Shown here piece by piece: positions 60,425 through 64,000 of a DNA stretch of 64,000 bases. The notes below the pieces were generated by a model, which made no database searches, was not told the origin of the DNA, and saw nothing but the letters and a program-made list of their open reading frames with translations. Source of the DNA: Podarcis tiliguerta (lineage: Eukaryota); assembly GCA_965153285.1 (NCBI GenBank), contig OZ229115.1. The stretch is one strand, 5' to 3'. The position numbers and the translations under genes are program-made. How positions within the stretch are numbered: the first letter of the stretch is position 1; the number at the start of each line of letters is the position of its first letter.

Positions 60425-61058
60425 TGTAAGATATGGCAAGGGGAAAATGGTTCAGTCTGGACTCAAGGCAAGGCAGGGATCAGTCTGTCCTCTGGGGAAC
60501 ACAGAGTCCTGAAGTTGTTCCAGTAAGGAACTAGTGGAAACTGGGCCCTTATATACTACTTGCAGTAGCAGCAGCATCAGGTGCAGCCTAATTGTTGGTG
60601 CCACCTGTGCAACAAGATGCTGCTCTGTTTAAAGCCCTCAGCCTGTAAACTGCAATGGAGCAGGGGAGCCTTGGACCTTCTGCAGCAGTGTCCTCTGAGT
60701 CAGAGGATGGCAGTGCCAAACCCTCAGGCTGGAGGAGCACTGACCCAGCAGATTCATCTGAGAGCGCTTCTAAGGCTTGCCCTGCAAACTCTTCCACTTC
60801 TGCTTCGGAGTCCTTGTCTTCACCCGCTGAAGATGAGGAATCTGACTCCAAGGTCATGACAATTTGCTGTGTGAGGAAGAAGCCAGAGTGGGACTTCTCT
60901 GGGCCCCCTAGAGATGTGAAGGCCTGGGGGTGGGGAGCAGGGAAAAAAAAGGGGGAACGCTGTTTCTGTGCCATTTTTTTCTGGTTCCCTCCCACATACA
61001 GCTTTTTAAAAAAATGGTGGGAAATGCGAAAATGGGGACGGGACTCCAGACCTTGACA
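60425..61058 (-). mobile_element. Putative solo LTR (Gypsy-like)
   Basis: TGT...ACA termini (tgtaag / cttgaca), direct repeat accat close to both ends (60418-60422, 61059-61063), minus-strand TATATAAG near 60548-60555, GC content above the flanks. Confidence 0.45.
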
Positions 61059-64000
61059 ACCATAGGGTCCTTACAGCCTTTATCAGCATCTCTGGCTCTA
61101 TATCAGACAGCTCATATTTAAATGGTGGCGTGGAAGAGCTTGATCTGAATGGTTTTTGTGACTAGGTAATTGAAGGAAGAAGGGATCTTTCAAGGGTTCC
61201 TTAGGAAGAATGGACCATTTTTAGTTTAGCCATTAAGCACATCAAAGCTGCTGTGCAATTATTCTAACTCCCTGAATGTTTTTCATCATTCTCATGTAGT
61301 AGAAAGGGACAAGGCTTTCCTGTAACACTTTTGAAACTGAGGAGAGATGCTTGGTGGCCTTAGCTCCTAGTAGCTACCAAACTAAATATGGTGAAAGCAA
61401 TGATGGGGATAGGTATGGGGAGCAGCTGCTGATGGTCATCTGGCCACATACAGTCAATATGTTGCCCACTCTGGTCTTTTGCAATAGCAAAGTTCACAAG
61501 CCTACTTACTTTTCAGCTATCCACTATAAGACTCATGTACTCCAAGTAGAAAACAGCCTAAGCTAATAATTTGGTTCCTGCAATTACTTCCAAAGTTGAT
61601 AGGCCTATTTTTAGGACCTCTGGTGTACATTCTGAGTAAACATAGGATTGTGGTACATATGATTGAAAAATTTGTGGACAATGCATCAAGAACAAACGTT
61701 TGTACTTGTGCTATCTACACACTCCCATTTGCTCTGCACCTAGTGCATTCCCATTACTAGTTTGGGAGGTGGTGTACACATGATATTATCCGAAGTCCAG
61801 CTATACTGTATCCATCCTGTCATTTCTTATGAAATACGTACTGCATTTTGATGCGTTCCCCCCTCCAAACCAGTTTTGATCTGAATTGAGAAAAAACACA
61901 CAACCTAGTTGCATTTTAGCCTGGTTACAATTTTGAAGTCCATTCATTTTTTTTAGAAAGGATTGGAGAAAGGCCAACATTAAAATATTATAATGTCTGT
62001 TCTTGTCCATAGTTGTTTAGATATTTCTGGCGGCACATGTTCATCTTGGAACTTGTGCTTGAATAGCTGCTGAATGTGCACCTGACTGGCTGTATGCAAG
62101 TGTGTGGAACTCATTTCCAGTCCCGGCTCAAAGGTTTGCACAGCGGCAGGAGATGGTGAGGGGAAAGAAACATCTGTTCAAAACCAAACACGGCCTCCTG
62201 TTAAATGGCCTAGAACGCTCCTGCTGGTGGGGTCCGGGGTGGGAAAGTGAACCAATGCTGGGAATGTTATGTCTGGAGGAGCTGGATAGGGGGTGTATGT
62301 CCGTGGCAGGAGGGGGGCTCCCCCTATATCCTGAGAGCTGGTCACATCTGGGGAAGTCGTCTGGACCAAGTTGATGGCTCCCTCAGCTCACCTGGCTTTA
62401 ATGACTCGTGATGCCGCAAGAAGTGGCCTTGTAATGGCCATTCCATGCTTGGCAAAGGAAAGGGGATGAAGGCAGCCTTGCTCAGATTTTTTTATTCCCA
62501 TTAGGGACCTGGCACTTTTGCGGTAGAGTTGCCTACAGCTGGACAACATGAATATACGCATCCCCTCATTTTTTAAAAAACAGATTCATGGAAGATCTGA
62601 GAAGTTATTAACAATCTATTGTATGAGTATTGCGAGCTGGATTGCTTCATCAATGGATTTCGGTTTGTTTGTATTCTAATTGCTCATTTTTAAATATTAT
62701 TACATTATGGCTCATTGCTCTCAGGATATTTTTATTTCACTAGATTGTGGGTGATTTTTGGTTAGGTATGTTTGGTCACCCTGACAGTATTCCACTTGAA
62801 CGCTGCCCTAAGCTGGTGTACTGTCGTGAGGTGCCCTTTGAGTGGGCTGCAGCGTGATCACAGGACAGTAGGCCTTGGAGTTTTTTGGCTATATTCTCTG
62901 CACCAAAGAGCCCCCACTTTCACAGACACTGAGTCATCAACCTTCTCGTACACCAGACACACCTTCAACCCAAACTTACATTTTTTTTGCCATGGTGGGA
63001 GTGCTGTTTTAGTGACCCACTTATGACCAGGTCTTGACTTGCCAGCTGGAGACCAATAGAGTATGTGGCTTTGAACCACAAGGTATCATATTCAAGTTTA
63101 ACTAAACTTACCAGGTGTTAGAATCAAACCTGGACAGTAACTGGTGACCCATAAGGTTTTTGATGGTCAAAATCCCAAATTATTTGCATCAAACCATGAC
63201 ATCTAGCAAATCTGTCTAGTGCAGGTTGGGAACTCCCATTCAACCTTCTCTGCAGTTTAATGCAGAAGAAAGCCCTATTTTGATTAAGAGGGAATGAGTG
63301 GTTGTGATTGGATCACCATGCTAGAAAGTCTGTGACTGAACTGGCTACTTGTTAAGAATGTCTAAGTTGTTTGTGATGCAGTTGCATCTAGCTTCTTTTA
63401 TTTTATTCTTGTAGCTAACTGCTTCTTATTGCCTCCCCCTTGTAGGCTCAAAGGTACCTTCTGGTACCAAGTCATTTCCTCCACTCATGTGCTTTGACCT
63501 CTTAGTTTGTTCTAAATTTGTATTTATTAAAACATTTCTCTCCTGCCTGTCCACTTGAAAACCCACAAGGCAGCAAGCAAAACTTCATTAAAAACCTAGT
63601 ACAAATTTTAAACAACATTAATATGCTAACAGCAAGAAAAAATCTGCAGCCATTCAGCAGAGCATCGAGCTATCAAGAGCAGTAAATAACTGGCAGCAGA
63701 ATACACACAAGACACCAAAAGGACCACTTGAAAAGGACCATCTTTGCCAACAGCCCAGACCATAACAGAGAAGGACTCATGCTTTGAGGAAGTTCTACAG
63801 TGTGAGTGCCACTGCTGAAAATGTTATATCCCATGTGACTATCCACTATATCTCTGATGAGAAGACACATAGGGTGGCATTCAACTTAACTCTTAAGTGG
63901 GGTATGTGTGTGTGGAACAAGGCCTGCTCATGCAATGAGACTTTCCCTTCTTTCCTCCTCCCTGTGCATGGCCCCCTTATATCCACCAAACCTGTTCTGG

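Larger units (their letters stand above)
8507..64000 (+). other. RNF220: RNF220 intron 2 (5' part; continues beyond the window)
   Basis: Follows the exon 2 donor; no sequence encoding the expected continuation (CKKK...PICPICQ-like) was seen; repeat-rich non-coding character. Confidence 0.8.

Noticed and set aside
8530-64000. A hidden novel multi-gene or coding system in the intron
   Set aside because: All remaining ORFs are under 150 aa, many with non-ATG starts, and are random-like or TE-derived. The sequence supports only regulatory and repeat-level leads.

Overview
Vertebrate genomic DNA, most likely from a lizard: the Sauria/Squam-type SINEs point to a squamate, probably a lacertid. The window holds the 5' part of RNF220 (E3 ubiquitin ligase) on the + strand. 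It contains a CpG-island promoter (~410-3800), a probable non-coding exon 1 ending at a GTGAGT donor (987/988), and exon 2 (7765-8506) with the start codon at 7882 and 625 coding nt. The remaining ~55 kb is the start of the very large intron 2; no further coding exon was recognised. That intron carries SINEs, L2 and CR1 LINE remnants, hAT and Tc1/mariner MITEs with clean TSDs, a possible solo LTR, microsatellites and several CpG-retaining, homeobox-motif-rich blocks that look like enhancers. There are two assembly gaps. I found no evidence for a new protein-coding system. The best leads are two uORFs, a 72-nt near-perfect hairpin, candidate recursive-splicing points, a nested inverted Sauria SINE pair and the candidate enhancers. 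Gene and repeat family names come from recall of consensus sequences, not from a database search. Boundaries of degenerate repeats are approximate.
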